This document shows, piece by piece, positions 18,975-29,151 of a stretch of DNA of 39,058 nucleotides. The stretch lies in contig CAYYXC010000001.1 in NCBI GenBank assembly GCA_964475505.1, positions 22,071-61,128 of the forward strand, in the 5' to 3' direction. Made by a program: the position numbers and the translations under genes. Numbering within the stretch: the first letter of the stretch is position 1; each line of letters starts with the position of its first letter. The stretch is from an uncultured Chitinophaga sp. Lineage in GTDB: Bacteria > Bacteroidota > Bacteroidia > Chitinophagales > Chitinophagaceae. The notes beneath the pieces are model-generated. The model searched no databases, was not told the origin of the DNA, and was given only the letters and a program-made list of their open reading frames with translations.

Positions 18975-19967
18975 TCAGGGGCCGGGGTAAGCGGCTTCGA
19001 TTTGTTCTTGTAAGACGGATTTTAGTTCCGGAGTGGCAAAACAATGCCGAATGGCCTCCAGGTTGCACCGACGAAAATCGGCCAAGGTCCAACCAAACAC
19101 CCGCTGCAACAAAGCATATTCATTTGACAGAGTTGTAGGCGTAGCGGTTCTGGCATCAGTATTGACACTCATGGATACACCGGTGCGAAAAATCCGATCA
19201 GCCGGATGTTCCTCAATCCGGTCATAAATGTTGGTCTGCAAATTGCTGGTCGGACAAACCTCCAAGTGTATATCGTGCTCTTTTAAGTGCGTCATGAGGG
19301 AAGAATCTTCAATGCTACGGACACCATGACCTATACGGCTGGGACGAAAATGCTTCAGTGTCTCCCATACACTGGAAGGACCACAGGCCTCTCCGGCATG
19401 AGCTGTACACGCGATCCCTTTTTCGCGCGCATATTCAAAAGCCTTTACGTGCTCATCGATCGGATAACCCGCTTCATCGGCCGCTATGTCAAAACCTACC
19501 ACCCTTGTACCCTGAAAAGCTTCCACCAATTTCACCGTGGTCATACTTTCCTCCTCGTTGTAATGCCGAAGGGTACACAAGATCAGACCCGCTTCAACAC
19601 CGGTTCGTTCAATCCCTTCACGGGTGGCCGATTCCACGGCCGTAACGATTTCCGTAGGACTCAGACCTTTCCTCATATGTAACAAGGGAGCAAATCGTAT
19701 CTCAGCGTAAATAAGTCCGTCCTGCTGCAGTTGATCAAATAAGTCCAGTGTAACAGCTCGAAGCTGCTCGCGAGTTTGCATGAATTCAAGGGCTTTTTCG
19801 GCTCGACGAATGTAATCGACCAGATCACTGCAGCGGGGAGGCGCGACAAAGTCCCTGCGATAGTCCTCCTCCGTTATGGCTGGATCCAGCTGTTTGATGA
19901 CAGAAAAACTCAAACTACAATCCAGGTGCAGATGCAATTCAATTTTGGGAAACGTGCGAAAATCCAT
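18975..19967 (-). CDS. add: Adenosine deaminase
   Basis: PKIELHLHLD, YAEIRFAP, AHAGEA, RIGHGVR, LEVCPTSN, SVNTD. Confidence 0.9.
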   Translation of the reverse strand: MDFRTFPKIELHLHLDCSLSFSVIKQLDPAITEEDYRRDFVAPPRCSDLVDYIRRAEKALEFMQTREQLRAVTLDLFDQLQQDGLIYAEIRFAPLLHMRKGLSPTEIVTAVESATREGIERTGVEAGLILCTLRHYNEEESMTTVKLVEAFQGTRVVGFDIAADEAGYPIDEHVKAFEYAREKGIACTAHAGEACGPSSVWETLKHFRPSRIGHGVRSIEDSSLMTHLKEHDIHLEVCPTSNLQTNIYDRIEEHPADRIFRTGVSMSVNTDARTATPTTLSNEYALLQRVFGWTLADFRRCNLEAIRHCFATPELKSVLQEQIEAAYPGP

Positions 19968-19985
19968 GAGGGGTGTAGGAAGGTA

Positions 19986-20783
19986 TTATTGATAGTTGGA
20001 GGAGTGATCGGTCTTCGGACCCACCTGCATAGCTTCCTCATAGATCCAATCTTTTCGTTTCAATTCGAAATTTCGTCCCAAATACAGGCTTCTTACCTGT
20101 TCGTCTGCCGCTAGCTCCTCAGCGGATCCATCCTTGAAGATTTTTCCCTCGATCAGTAAATAAGCACGGTCGCAAATCGATAGTGTCTCCGTCACATTGT
20201 GATCGGTGATCAGGATACCGATGTTTCGGTATTTGAGTCGGGCTACGATTGATTGAATATCCTCTACCGCGATCGGATCGATACCGGCAAAGGGCTCATC
20301 CAGCAAAATGAATTTGGGATCTACGGCCAGGGCCCGGGCGATCTCGGTCCGACGGCGTTCGCCTCCACTCAATACATCACCCATACTTTTCCGTACATGC
20401 TGTAAACGAAACTCATCAAGTAATGATTCGAGCCGATCGCGTTGCTCTTGCTTAGAATAGTTCTTCATCTCCAATACGGCAAGTATATTATCCTCTACAC
20501 TGAGTTTTCGAAAGATAGAAGCCTCCTGAGGCAAGTACCCGATTCCTTTTTGCGCCCGTTTGTACATGGGCAGAGAGGTGATGTCTTCTCCATCAAGAAA
20601 AACGTTACCAGAGTCGGGCTTGATTAGTCCAACCACCTGATAAAACGAGGTTGTTTTGCCGGCTCCGTTCGGTCCCAACAATCCGACGATCTCTCCCTGC
20701 GACACTTGGAAGGATACCTGATTGACCACCGTACGGGATCCGTATCGCTTGACGAGGTCGCGGGTTTGTATGGCGATGGACAT
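19986..20783 (-). CDS. lptB: LPS export ABC transporter ATP-binding protein
   Basis: [57 protein letters not shown]. Confidence 0.95.
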   Translation of the reverse strand: MSIAIQTRDLVKRYGSRTVVNQVSFQVSQGEIVGLLGPNGAGKTTSFYQVVGLIKPDSGNVFLDGEDITSLPMYKRAQKGIGYLPQEASIFRKLSVEDNILAVLEMKNYSKQEQRDRLESLLDEFRLQHVRKSMGDVLSGGERRRTEIARALAVDPKFILLDEPFAGIDPIAVEDIQSIVARLKYRNIGILITDHNVTETLSICDRAYLLIEGKIFKDGSAEELAADEQVRSLYLGRNFELKRKDWIYEEAMQVGPKTDHSSNYQ

Positions 20784-20787
20784 AAGG

Positions 20788-20795
20788 CAAATTTA
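20788..20795 (-). promoter_or_regulatory. -7 promoter element TAAATTTG, 4 nt before the lptB ATG
   Basis: Perfect TAnnTTTG consensus, then CCTT, then ATG. Confidence 0.65.
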
Positions 20796-20867
20796 AGGCC
20801 TTGCGCGCGGCCAATGACGTTTTTAACGATTCGGGGCTTAGGGCCATATTCATTATTTTTGTGCGCA

Positions 20868-21818
20868 ATGAAAGTGATCGATCACATTAAGCAGGCCAAG
20901 GATACTCTTATCTCTTTTGAGGTATTGCCCCCGCTCAAAGGCAAGGGCATTGATGCGTTGTATAAACACCTCGACCCGCTGATGGAGCACAAACCGGCTT
21001 TCATCAACGTCACTTATCACCGAAGCGAGCACGTTTTCAAAAAACGTCCTGATGGCGGATTTGAAAAAGTAGTCGTTCGCAAGAGACCCGGAACGGAAAG
21101 TATCTGTGCGGCCATCCTTAATAAATACAACGTGGATACGGTTCCGCACCTGATCTGCGGCGGATTCAGTGTAAATGAAACAGAGGACGCATTGATCAAC
21201 CTGCATTATTTGGGGATTGACAACGTGCTGGTCCTTCGGGGGGATGCGGCCAAAAATGAAATGAGTTTTGAGCCGGAGCCCGGCGGACATAAATACGCAT
21301 CCGACTTGTTGAAACAAGTAGCCGATCTGAACGACGGTATTTATTTGGAGGAGGATATTCGCGATTCACATAAAACTGCTTTCTGTATTGGCGTGGCAGG
21401 TTATCCCGAAAAACATTTCGAGGCCCCTAACATGGATACAGATCTGCAGTATTTGAAAAAGAAAGTGGAGCTGGGAGCAGATTACATCGTAACACAGATG
21501 TTCTTCGACAACCAGAAATACCATGCCTTCGTAGAGCGTTGCCGTGAGATGGGCATCAATGTTCCCATTATACCGGGACTAAAACCCATCTACTCCAAAA
21601 AACAACTGACGGTACTGCCCAAAACCTTCCACATCGACTTGCCTACGGATCTGGCAAACGCGGTTCACAAGTGCAAAACTGATGCTGAAGTAGAAAAAGT
21701 AGGGGCTGAGTGGTTGTTGATGCAATCACGCGAACTGAAAAAAAGCGGCGTGCCGGTACTGCACTATTATACGCTGGGCCGTCCGCAGCTCATTGCAGAT
21801 GTGGTAGGACAAATCTGA
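20868..21818 (+). CDS. metF: Methylenetetrahydrofolate reductase (Bacteroidota type)
   Basis: ISFEVLPP, VPHLICGG, VLVLRGD, VAGYPEKH, TQMFFD, LHYYTL. ATG 20868 follows TATTTTTG; the longer TTG start would overlap lptB. Confidence 0.93.
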   Translation: MKVIDHIKQAKDTLISFEVLPPLKGKGIDALYKHLDPLMEHKPAFINVTYHRSEHVFKKRPDGGFEKVVVRKRPGTESICAAILNKYNVDTVPHLICGGFSVNETEDALINLHYLGIDNVLVLRGDAAKNEMSFEPEPGGHKYASDLLKQVADLNDGIYLEEDIRDSHKTAFCIGVAGYPEKHFEAPNMDTDLQYLKKKVELGADYIVTQMFFDNQKYHAFVERCREMGINVPIIPGLKPIYSKKQLTVLPKTFHIDLPTDLANAVHKCKTDAEVEKVGAEWLLMQSRELKKSGVPVLHYYTLGRPQLIADVVGQI

Positions 21819-21824
21819 TCAGTA

Positions 21825-23783
21825 CTACTTCAACAAGCTTGCGAAGACTTTTTCATCCAGTTTCACCGGATATTTTTTTCGCAACGCTGCTTCCCATTTC
21901 TTATCCATCTCCAGTTGCAGGTCGTTGATTACCGTGCTTCTGGCCTCTTCAAATGTTTGAGAAACGGGCTCCGGATAGGTCCGCAGGACATAAGCAAAAG
22001 TTGCATTGTTATCGGTCTGATTGATCAGTGGCTCGATGAGCAAACCAGAAGTGGGTATGCGACTGCCCAAATTAGGGATCTGCTGCCACTCCAACCGTAC
22101 CGAGTCGGTGAAAACGCGTTCCCAAAAAGCAAGTGATTCTTTTTTCCAATTAGCGGGACGAGCCTGAATATTTGCATACAATTCATTAGCAGCCGACACA
22201 TCAGAACAAAAGAACAATATCACATCTGCACTTTGCTTCCAGTTGTATTTTTCTTTTTGGGATTGATAGAGGCGTCGCTGACCGACTGTATCGGATTGAG
22301 CCTTATTCCACACCTCTTGTTGCATGATCTCGAAAAAGAGATTGCCCTCTTTAAAATCAGTCAGCTGCTCCCTGTATTCCGCATTGAATAGTGTCAGATT
22401 GTTTTTATAGTACTCGGTCATGGCATATTGCTCCCACTCATCCCGCATTTGTACCAAAGGCTTGGGTCCATTGCCGTCGGGCTGGAAACGATAATTGGTG
22501 ACATACTGGATCCAGTCACTGACCGAATAGGTTTGCTGTGCATTATTTTTACCGATGGTGAGTAGCACCATGTTGGGTTGAATGGTTTTGGCAGCGGCCG
22601 TTGCCGGCTTTCTGTCGAGCAAGCTATCGGCATAGGACCAAACTGCCTGCTCATCATAATTGCCGCGGCGCACGCCTGCCTGTGTGCGGATCAACTCATA
22701 AATAAAATCTTTAGCCGTACGCCAACGGTCATCCGCTCTTACTTTTTGATCCAGCAGCTGCTGTGTTTCGTATGCATCCAGATCGGCAGATGGCTTTGTG
22801 ATCGATACCCGCTGCACAATATGCCATCCATGTGCAGTTTGGAAAGGAGCAGCAAAGTCGTTGTTGGTAGCAATGGCCAACACGTTGCTCTCAAAAACCG
22901 GATCGTACTCTCCTACTCCAAAGGGGGTTAGCGCACCACCGCTGGCTGCGGAAACATAATCGTTGCTATACAGCCGTGCAAGTGCTGCAAGATCTGAACC
23001 CTTTTTCAATACCTGATACAAGGAATCGGAGAGCCGCTCTATTTGATTTTTTTCTGTTGCATCAGCATTGGGTGGAAGGGCTAACAGGATTTGTTTGGCC
23101 CGAACGGTGCCTACGGCCGATCGCTCCTGCATCACATAAAACAGATGATATCCGGCAGTTGAACGGACCCATGAACTGGTTTTGCCCACTGGTGTTTGGT
23201 AGATGGCTGTTTCCATTTCATAGGGCAGCGTGAAGGCAGTGATAAATCCGATCTTTCCTTGATTTTTTGCGGCTGGAGGATCATCCGAGTACGTTTGCAC
23301 GAGGTCAAAAAAAGATTTTCCAGCCTGTAACTGTTTTTCAACGGCTGCTTTTTGGCGATTGGCGCGCGCGGTGTCAATCGCCTGCACATTGGTTTGAAAT
23401 GCAATAAAAAGATGGGCAACCTCCCGATCGGTTTGACTTCGCTGAAATGCTTCTCTTTTCAGGCGCTCGAGCAAAACGGGATCGGCCATGTATTTATCGA
23501 CCAACTGAACACGAAGATTCTCTACTTCCTGTCGGATATGGGAAAGCGTATCCAAGCGACGAGCATAGGCCTCCCGAATTTTCATCTTTGCATTTACATA
23601 AAGATCTAGATAGGCACGCATCGAGGCTTGCTTATCTTGAGTGGTATCGGGGTGATTACGTTTATATGCCTTTAAAAAATCTTGGGCATCTACACTGTGT
23701 CTGCCATAGGTGAGCAGGGTTTGTGCATGCACAGATGTCAGTATCACCCAGCAACACACCAGCAAGAAAAAAAATCGACTCAT
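21825..23783 (-). CDS. Periplasmic parvulin-type peptidyl-prolyl isomerase (SurA-like, two rotamase domains)
   Basis: Signal peptide; YSDDP...QGKIGF, YSNDYVSAASGGAL, PFQTAHGWHIV. Confidence 0.82.
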   Translation of the reverse strand: MSRFFFLLVCCWVILTSVHAQTLLTYGRHSVDAQDFLKAYKRNHPDTTQDKQASMRAYLDLYVNAKMKIREAYARRLDTLSHIRQEVENLRVQLVDKYMADPVLLERLKREAFQRSQTDREVAHLFIAFQTNVQAIDTARANRQKAAVEKQLQAGKSFFDLVQTYSDDPPAAKNQGKIGFITAFTLPYEMETAIYQTPVGKTSSWVRSTAGYHLFYVMQERSAVGTVRAKQILLALPPNADATEKNQIERLSDSLYQVLKKGSDLAALARLYSNDYVSAASGGALTPFGVGEYDPVFESNVLAIATNNDFAAPFQTAHGWHIVQRVSITKPSADLDAYETQQLLDQKVRADDRWRTAKDFIYELIRTQAGVRRGNYDEQAVWSYADSLLDRKPATAAAKTIQPNMVLLTIGKNNAQQTYSVSDWIQYVTNYRFQPDGNGPKPLVQMRDEWEQYAMTEYYKNNLTLFNAEYREQLTDFKEGNLFFEIMQQEVWNKAQSDTVGQRRLYQSQKEKYNWKQSADVILFFCSDVSAANELYANIQARPANWKKESLAFWERVFTDSVRLEWQQIPNLGSRIPTSGLLIEPLINQTDNNATFAYVLRTYPEPVSQTFEEARSTVINDLQLEMDKKWEAALRKKYPVKLDEKVFASLLK

Positions 23784-23800
23784 AGAATCAGATTTAAGTC

Positions 23801-25237
23801 TTAGTTCTGCCTTGCCCGTTGAATATCTAATATCTCATCCATTTGTTGAAAAGTGAGCTTCTTAGCAATGATCTTTTTGCTTCGATCGAGCAGGTATAGG
23901 GTTGGGAAGGATTGAATATCAAAAAGCTGTGAGTAACCAGGAATGCCGCTATCAATGCGTTGTTTTTCCGTCTGCTTGGAATAATACACGTGTGTCCATC
24001 CTTGTAGCTGATTTTGCTGGATGAAGTCAGTCCACATTTTCTTATCGCCCTCTGTCTCTTTTGCAATGGCGTAAATTCCAATATTTAATTTAGCCCATTT
24101 GGCGCGGTAGATCGAGTCGATGCGAGGCAGTGTTTCCTTACAATGTCCACAGGTTGGATCCCAGAAAACCAACAATGTATATTCATTGGTAAGTGCATAT
24201 AGTGCCTGCATTTTACCCGTAGAGTCTGGAAGCTCCACTTCTGCAGCGGGAGACTTTAGAATATTTCCCATCAAGCTATACGCACGGTCTTGAACCATTT
24301 TTCTTCCTTTCTCATCGAGCCAGGGATAGGTTTTGTTGGAGATGTATTTCTCGTAGAGATGTACGAATACGGCATCCTCCCACATGTATTGCTGAGCGAT
24401 GTATCGATTGAGAAATTTGACGAGCAGAAAACGCGTCATCTCGGAATTGATCTGTGCAAACGCCATCATGTTATCGATCTCCCGAATAACGGAATCCGGA
24501 TCCGGGGTGACCAATTGCTTGAAATAACGCTCGATCTTTTCATCGAAGAAGGGGGTGTAGGCAAGCCGACCATCCCAAAAATTGACGCCGTCGAAATAGT
24601 TATTCTTGAAATAACGGAAAGCAGCGAGTGAATCGGCCGCGTTGGTGGGCATTTTGAGTGAATCAGGGAGTTGCGGCTCACGCATAGCCTGTAGCAGTGT
24701 ACCCAGCAGCGTGTTCCCTTCATTCTTGATGAGCTCGATCCGATAATCATTCATTTGACGATCGATCGCCATGATCTGATTGCGGAGCTGCATGGTATCG
24801 GGACCACCCAATTTCAATCGCTCTTGCAATTCACGAATCGACATACCAAATCGACGCATGGACTGCTGATAGTTCAAAAAGGCAATGTTGTCTGGAGAAT
24901 TTTGGAATTGGATCGTCTGTGCCAATGTTGCAGTATCGGCAATGATGCTAAAATTTTGCTGCTTATCGATCAGGATCTCAAAGAACCCGGATTTATTCGG
25001 ATATCCGATCAGATAGATTCCTCCAGGCAGTGGCTTATCTCCTTTAAATACCCCCTTGCTTTTCGCATCCAATTTAATGGAGTCAACAATGGGATAGGTT
25101 TTCCCGAAATAATGGCCCAGGTAAATGTATTGATCCTTGAATGGCTTGAAGGTGACTTGTATGGCATAGCCATTTGATTGGGCCTGCGCAATAATCCCCG
25201 CAAAAAGGGCCGTTAGAAAGAGTAGTTTTTTGGTCAT
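23801..25237 (-). CDS. Exported TlpA/redoxin-like thioredoxin-domain protein
   Basis: Signal peptide from ATG 25237 (MTKKLLFL); C-terminal FWDPTCGHCK and FDIQSFPTLYLLD. The longer ORF-track start runs through the heptamer array. Confidence 0.8.
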   Translation of the reverse strand: MTKKLLFLTALFAGIIAQAQSNGYAIQVTFKPFKDQYIYLGHYFGKTYPIVDSIKLDAKSKGVFKGDKPLPGGIYLIGYPNKSGFFEILIDKQQNFSIIADTATLAQTIQFQNSPDNIAFLNYQQSMRRFGMSIRELQERLKLGGPDTMQLRNQIMAIDRQMNDYRIELIKNEGNTLLGTLLQAMREPQLPDSLKMPTNAADSLAAFRYFKNNYFDGVNFWDGRLAYTPFFDEKIERYFKQLVTPDPDSVIREIDNMMAFAQINSEMTRFLLVKFLNRYIAQQYMWEDAVFVHLYEKYISNKTYPWLDEKGRKMVQDRAYSLMGNILKSPAAEVELPDSTGKMQALYALTNEYTLLVFWDPTCGHCKETLPRIDSIYRAKWAKLNIGIYAIAKETEGDKKMWTDFIQQNQLQGWTHVYYSKQTEKQRIDSGIPGYSQLFDIQSFPTLYLLDRSKKIIAKKLTFQQMDEILDIQRARQN

Positions 25238-25264
25238 TTTTATAGGAAGTAAAGATAAAGAATC

Positions 25265-25379
25265 GTTGAGAAGGTTGGGGGTTGAGAGTTGAGGTTTAAC
25301 GGTTAATGTTGGACGATTAACATTCTCTACCTGCATCGACTCAACACTAAACCTCAACCCTCAACACCCATCACTCAAC
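25265..25379. repeat. Inverted heptamer array (GTTGAGR type), empty site B
   Basis: Left arm GTTGAGA-ag-GTTGGGG-GTTGAGA-GTTGAGG (25265-25294). Right arm ACTCAAC-ACTAAA-CCTCAAC-CCTCAAC-ACCCATC-ACTCAAC (25339-25379). Confidence 0.85.
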
Positions 25380-25387
25380 TATATTTG
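25380..25387 (+). promoter_or_regulatory. -7 promoter element TATATTTG, 4 nt before the rlmD ATG
   Basis: Perfect TAnnTTTG, then CGTC, then ATG. Confidence 0.65.
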
Positions 25388-25391
25388 CGTC

Positions 25392-26813
25392 ATGTCCCGC
25401 AAAAAACCCCTGCCCATTCTTGAAAACCTGTTGGTGGAAGGCTATGCGGCTGAGGGAAAGAGTCTGGCGAGGGTGGAAGGAAAAGTGATTTTTGTTGAAC
25501 ATGCTGTGCCGGGCGACGTGGTGGATCTGAAATTGACTAAGAATAAAAAGGATTGGGCTGAAGGATTCCCCATTCGATACCGAGAATATTCAGCCGATCG
25601 CACCACGCCTTTTTGCGAACATTTCGGAACCTGCGGGGGCTGTCAATGGCAAATGCTGCCCTACGAAAAGCAACAGCAGTATAAACACCAACAGGTAATC
25701 GATGTGCTTACACGGATCGGACGCATTCCGCTTCCGAAGATCGAACCTATTTTGGGCGCAACGCAACAACGCCATTACCGAAACAAGATCGAATACACAT
25801 TTGGCAGCCGCGAATTCGTTCCCAAAGAAAAAATGAATGAAACAGCGGATCCAACCCCTTCTCGAGGAGCGGCTGGATTTCATGCCCGCGGCTTTTTCGA
25901 TAAAGTGGTACGAATTGAAACCTGTCACCTGCAAGTCGAACCTACCAACGAGATCCGTCGTTTCATCAGTGCGCTTGCCGAGCAGCAGGATTGGACCTTT
26001 TATGACATTCGCGCACACGTAGGATTTCTGCGCAATCTGCAACTCCGACTTTGTAGAAGCGGGGAAATCATGGTGAACGTGATCGTGGGGGAAGAAGATC
26101 AGAGAAAGATTGATACACTCATGCAAGCAGGGAGCGATGCATTTCCAACGATTACAACCCTGCTCTATACGATCAATCTAAAATGGAACGACAGCATCGC
26201 GGATCTTAAACCGGTTGTATGGAAAGGTCCGGGCTATGTGATCGAAACGCTCGAAAATTTTTCTTTCAAGATTGGTCCCACCTCTTTCTTTCAAACCAAC
26301 ACTCAGCAAGCAGAAGTGCTGTATCAGGTAACCCGCTCCTTTGCCGAATTGACGGGCAATGAAACGGTATATGACCTGTATTGTGGAACCGGAAGCATTG
26401 GGATTTTTGTAAGTGGTCAGGCCAAAAAGATCATTGGCGTGGAGCTCATTGAAGCAGCCATAGACGATGCAAAGCTGAATGCACAGTTGAATCATTTATC
26501 ACATGCCTCCTTTTTTGCCGGTGATGTGATTGATATATGCGACGATGCTTTTTTTGAGCAACACGGACGACCTGATGTGATCATTACCGATCCGCCTCGA
26601 GCCGGCATGCACGATAAGTTGGTTCAGAAGATCCTCGATATGGAAGCGCCCTTGGTCGTATATGTAAGTTGCAACCCGGCCACGCAGGCCCGCGATTTGC
26701 AACGCTTGGCGGAGAAATACACAGTGACCCGCGTGCAACCGGTGGATCTTTTCCCGCATACGCTACATATCGAAAACGTGGTACAACTCCGTTTAACCCG
26801 CACCATGTCCTAA
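25392..26813 (+). CDS. rlmD: 23S rRNA (uracil-1939-C5)-methyltransferase
   Basis: TRAM domain, Fe-S motif CEHFGTCGGCQWQ, SFFQTN, DLYCGTGSIG, DPPRAG, YVSCNPATQARD, FPHTLHIE. Confidence 0.93.
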   Translation: MSRKKPLPILENLLVEGYAAEGKSLARVEGKVIFVEHAVPGDVVDLKLTKNKKDWAEGFPIRYREYSADRTTPFCEHFGTCGGCQWQMLPYEKQQQYKHQQVIDVLTRIGRIPLPKIEPILGATQQRHYRNKIEYTFGSREFVPKEKMNETADPTPSRGAAGFHARGFFDKVVRIETCHLQVEPTNEIRRFISALAEQQDWTFYDIRAHVGFLRNLQLRLCRSGEIMVNVIVGEEDQRKIDTLMQAGSDAFPTITTLLYTINLKWNDSIADLKPVVWKGPGYVIETLENFSFKIGPTSFFQTNTQQAEVLYQVTRSFAELTGNETVYDLYCGTGSIGIFVSGQAKKIIGVELIEAAIDDAKLNAQLNHLSHASFFAGDVIDICDDAFFEQHGRPDVIITDPPRAGMHDKLVQKILDMEAPLVVYVSCNPATQARDLQRLAEKYTVTRVQPVDLFPHTLHIENVVQLRLTRTMS

Positions 26814-26822
26814 CTTTGCGTG

Positions 26823-27536
26823 ATGTCATTCGAATTCACGAGACCAGATTCATTCCCCCCCGTAGTCAAGAACCTGATCATTATCAACGCACTGGTTTTT
26901 CTCTCACAAGTGGTGCTTGATGATCAATATCAGCTCACTCAAATACTGGCTTTATATCCGGTTGATGCACCTGATTTCAGACCCTATCAGATCGCCACGC
27001 ATATGTTCGCCCATTCCCCGCAGGTGATCTTTCACATCCTCTTCAATATGCTCACGCTTTGGATGTTTGGTCGAATATTGGAGAATTACTGGGGGGCAAA
27101 ACGTTTTTTATTTTTCTATCTGCTATGTGGAATTGGAGCAGCTGCCTGTCATCTGCTGATACAGCATTTACGATTTGACCCGGCTGTAATGAAAGAACTC
27201 TATGAGGCATACTATGCCGAAGATGAAGCCACGATGCGTGCGTTGGTCAGCCAAGCCGGGTTCCTGGCACCTGCCGTGGGTGCTTCCGGGGCGATCATGG
27301 GTGTGATGGCTGCTTTTGCTTACACATTCCCAAATACTGAATTATTCATCATGTTCATTCCGTTCCCCGTAAAAGCAAAATGGGCGGTGATCGGATTGGC
27401 CTGCATCGATCTGTTTGGCGGCGTAGCTAACCTCAGTGGAGACAACATTGCGCATTTTGCACACTTAGGAGGTGCGCTGACCGGATTCTTGTTGGTACTT
27501 TATTGGAACAAAACGAATCGGCAATCGTTGTATTGA
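26823..27536 (+). CDS. Rhomboid family intramembrane serine protease (active-site residues intact)
   Basis: HMFAH...HILFNM, catalytic GASG, AHFAHLGG. Preceded by TAACTTTG (26811-26818), which overlaps the rlmD stop. Confidence 0.92.
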   Translation: MSFEFTRPDSFPPVVKNLIIINALVFLSQVVLDDQYQLTQILALYPVDAPDFRPYQIATHMFAHSPQVIFHILFNMLTLWMFGRILENYWGAKRFLFFYLLCGIGAAACHLLIQHLRFDPAVMKELYEAYYAEDEATMRALVSQAGFLAPAVGASGAIMGVMAAFAYTFPNTELFIMFIPFPVKAKWAVIGLACIDLFGGVANLSGDNIAHFAHLGGALTGFLLVLYWNKTNRQSLY

Positions 27537-27554
27537 TTGTAAGTAACCCCTTCC

Positions 27555-28454
27555 ATGCCGCTCCCGGAATACTATCAAGAACGACTTTCACTGGGCGATC
27601 GCAAAAATGCGCTGACCCGACTCATTGCCATCCATCTCACCGTTTTTATTGGACTGATGATGGCGCGGACTTATTTCTATTTTACCCGTCCCGATGAAGC
27701 CAAGGCGCTGGGCGATTTTACGCGGCAATTTTTCGTCTGGTTCGGATTGCCCAATACCTGGGGAGAATGGCTGTCAAGGCCCTGGACCTTACTCACCGCT
27801 CCATTTTCACACCTCAGTGTGTGGACGATCTTCGGAAACATGCTCTGGCTTTGGGTATTTGGATACATCCTGCAAGACCTCAGCGGAAACCGAAAGATCA
27901 TCCCGCTGTTTCTTTACGGATCAATCTTTGGATGCATCACATTCTTGTTGTTGCCCGGATCCAATGAATATTATTTCGGCGCTACGGCGGGCGTGGGTGC
28001 CATTGCCGTTGCCACCACCTTTATTTCACCTTATTACCGCATTTTCCCGCTTCTGAGTGGAGGCATTCCGTTGTGGGGGTTGACCCTTTTTTACATGCTG
28101 TCGGCCATCAGCAGTCTCAGTAGTTACACGCTGGCAGGGGCATTGCCGCAGGTGTCGGGATTAGTAGCGGGTTTGGTTTACTATTTGATTTTGCGGGAAG
28201 GAATCGATCTCACCGATTGGATGAGTCGATTATTCGACTGGTTCAATGACCTGTTCAATCCGGACAAACAAATCAATCGTCCCTCCAAGGGAAAACTGTT
28301 TTATATGTCCAACCACCCGCCTTTCAAGAAAACGGCGAACATCACGCAAGAGCGGATCGATGCGATTTTGGATAAGATCAGTCAGCAAGGAATGGAAAGC
28401 CTTTCCGAGGAGGAAAGAATGATCCTCAAGCGTTCCCGAAACGAATTGGATTAA
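27555..28454 (+). CDS. Rhomboid-like membrane protein with degenerate active site and C-terminal IDAILDKI..G..SL..EE tail
   Basis: PWTLLTAPFSH...GNMLWLWVFG rhomboid pattern. GATAG replaces GASG and the TM6 His appears absent. Confidence 0.8.
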   Translation: MPLPEYYQERLSLGDRKNALTRLIAIHLTVFIGLMMARTYFYFTRPDEAKALGDFTRQFFVWFGLPNTWGEWLSRPWTLLTAPFSHLSVWTIFGNMLWLWVFGYILQDLSGNRKIIPLFLYGSIFGCITFLLLPGSNEYYFGATAGVGAIAVATTFISPYYRIFPLLSGGIPLWGLTLFYMLSAISSLSSYTLAGALPQVSGLVAGLVYYLILREGIDLTDWMSRLFDWFNDLFNPDKQINRPSKGKLFYMSNHPPFKKTANITQERIDAILDKISQQGMESLSEEERMILKRSRNELD

Positions 28455-29026
28455 CGAACGGCGTCGATGGCGCTGCAAAGGGCTTCTCCGATGCCCTCCA
28501 CCGTTCCCTCTCCGGGTATGGATTTGAATTTTCCGGTTTGTTGATAGTACCCCGCGACCGGACTAGTCTCTGCCATATAAACGGAAAACCGTTTCCGTAT
28601 GACGGATTCATCGCTGTCGTCGCTGCGGCCGGATGTTTTGCCTCTGTTCAGCAAGCGGCGAACCAATTCTTCCTCGGATACTTCCAGAGCGAGCACCAGG
28701 GCGATGGAAGTATTGCGTTGTTTCAAGAGGTTGTCGAGCGCTTCGGCCTGAGCCACGGTACGGGGAAACCCGTCGAACAGAAAGCCCGCCGCATCCGGAT
28801 TTTGATCAAAATAAGCCCCTACCATGCCTATGACCACTGCATCGGGAACGAGTTGACCGGCATCGATGTAGCGCTTGGCTTCGAGTCCGAGTACGGTTTG
28901 ATCAGCGATTTCTGCGCGCAGCAGGTTTCCGGTGGACAGGTGTTTAAGTCCATAACGAGCTACGAGATGGTCGGACTGAGTGCCCTTACCGCTGCCCGGA
29001 GGGCCAAATAGAACAAGGTTAAACAT
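28451..29026 (-). CDS. adk: Adenylate kinase (short-LID form)
   Basis: FGPPGSGKGTQ, HLSTG, GQLVPD, FDGFPRT, GRSDD. Confidence 0.95.
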   Translation of the reverse strand: MFNLVLFGPPGSGKGTQSDHLVARYGLKHLSTGNLLRAEIADQTVLGLEAKRYIDAGQLVPDAVVIGMVGAYFDQNPDAAGFLFDGFPRTVAQAEALDNLLKQRNTSIALVLALEVSEEELVRRLLNRGKTSGRSDDSDESVIRKRFSVYMAETSPVAGYYQQTGKFKSIPGEGTVEGIGEALCSAIDAVR

Positions 29027-29151
29027 GGGGGTGGGTGAATTCGAATTGAGGCAAATTTATCGCAGAAAGACCGATTTTCCGAGGGAAAAAATGATTCCCC
29101 CTTAACAACTGTCAGTACGGATTTTAGGCGGAAATCCATCAATTTTGCCCT

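Noticed and set aside
18975-19967. Adenosine deaminase as part of a defence system (e.g. RADAR)
   Set aside because: It is a standard-size 330-aa ADA with no adjacent defence ATPase. The neighbouring ATPase is clearly LptB.
20706-20867. Long TTG start for metF
   Set aside because: It overlaps the divergent lptB and both promoters. The MetF-like sequence starts at ATG 20868.
25238-25357. 40-aa N-terminal extension of the TlpA-like ORF
   Set aside because: It is encoded by repeat site B. A normal signal peptide begins at ATG 25237.
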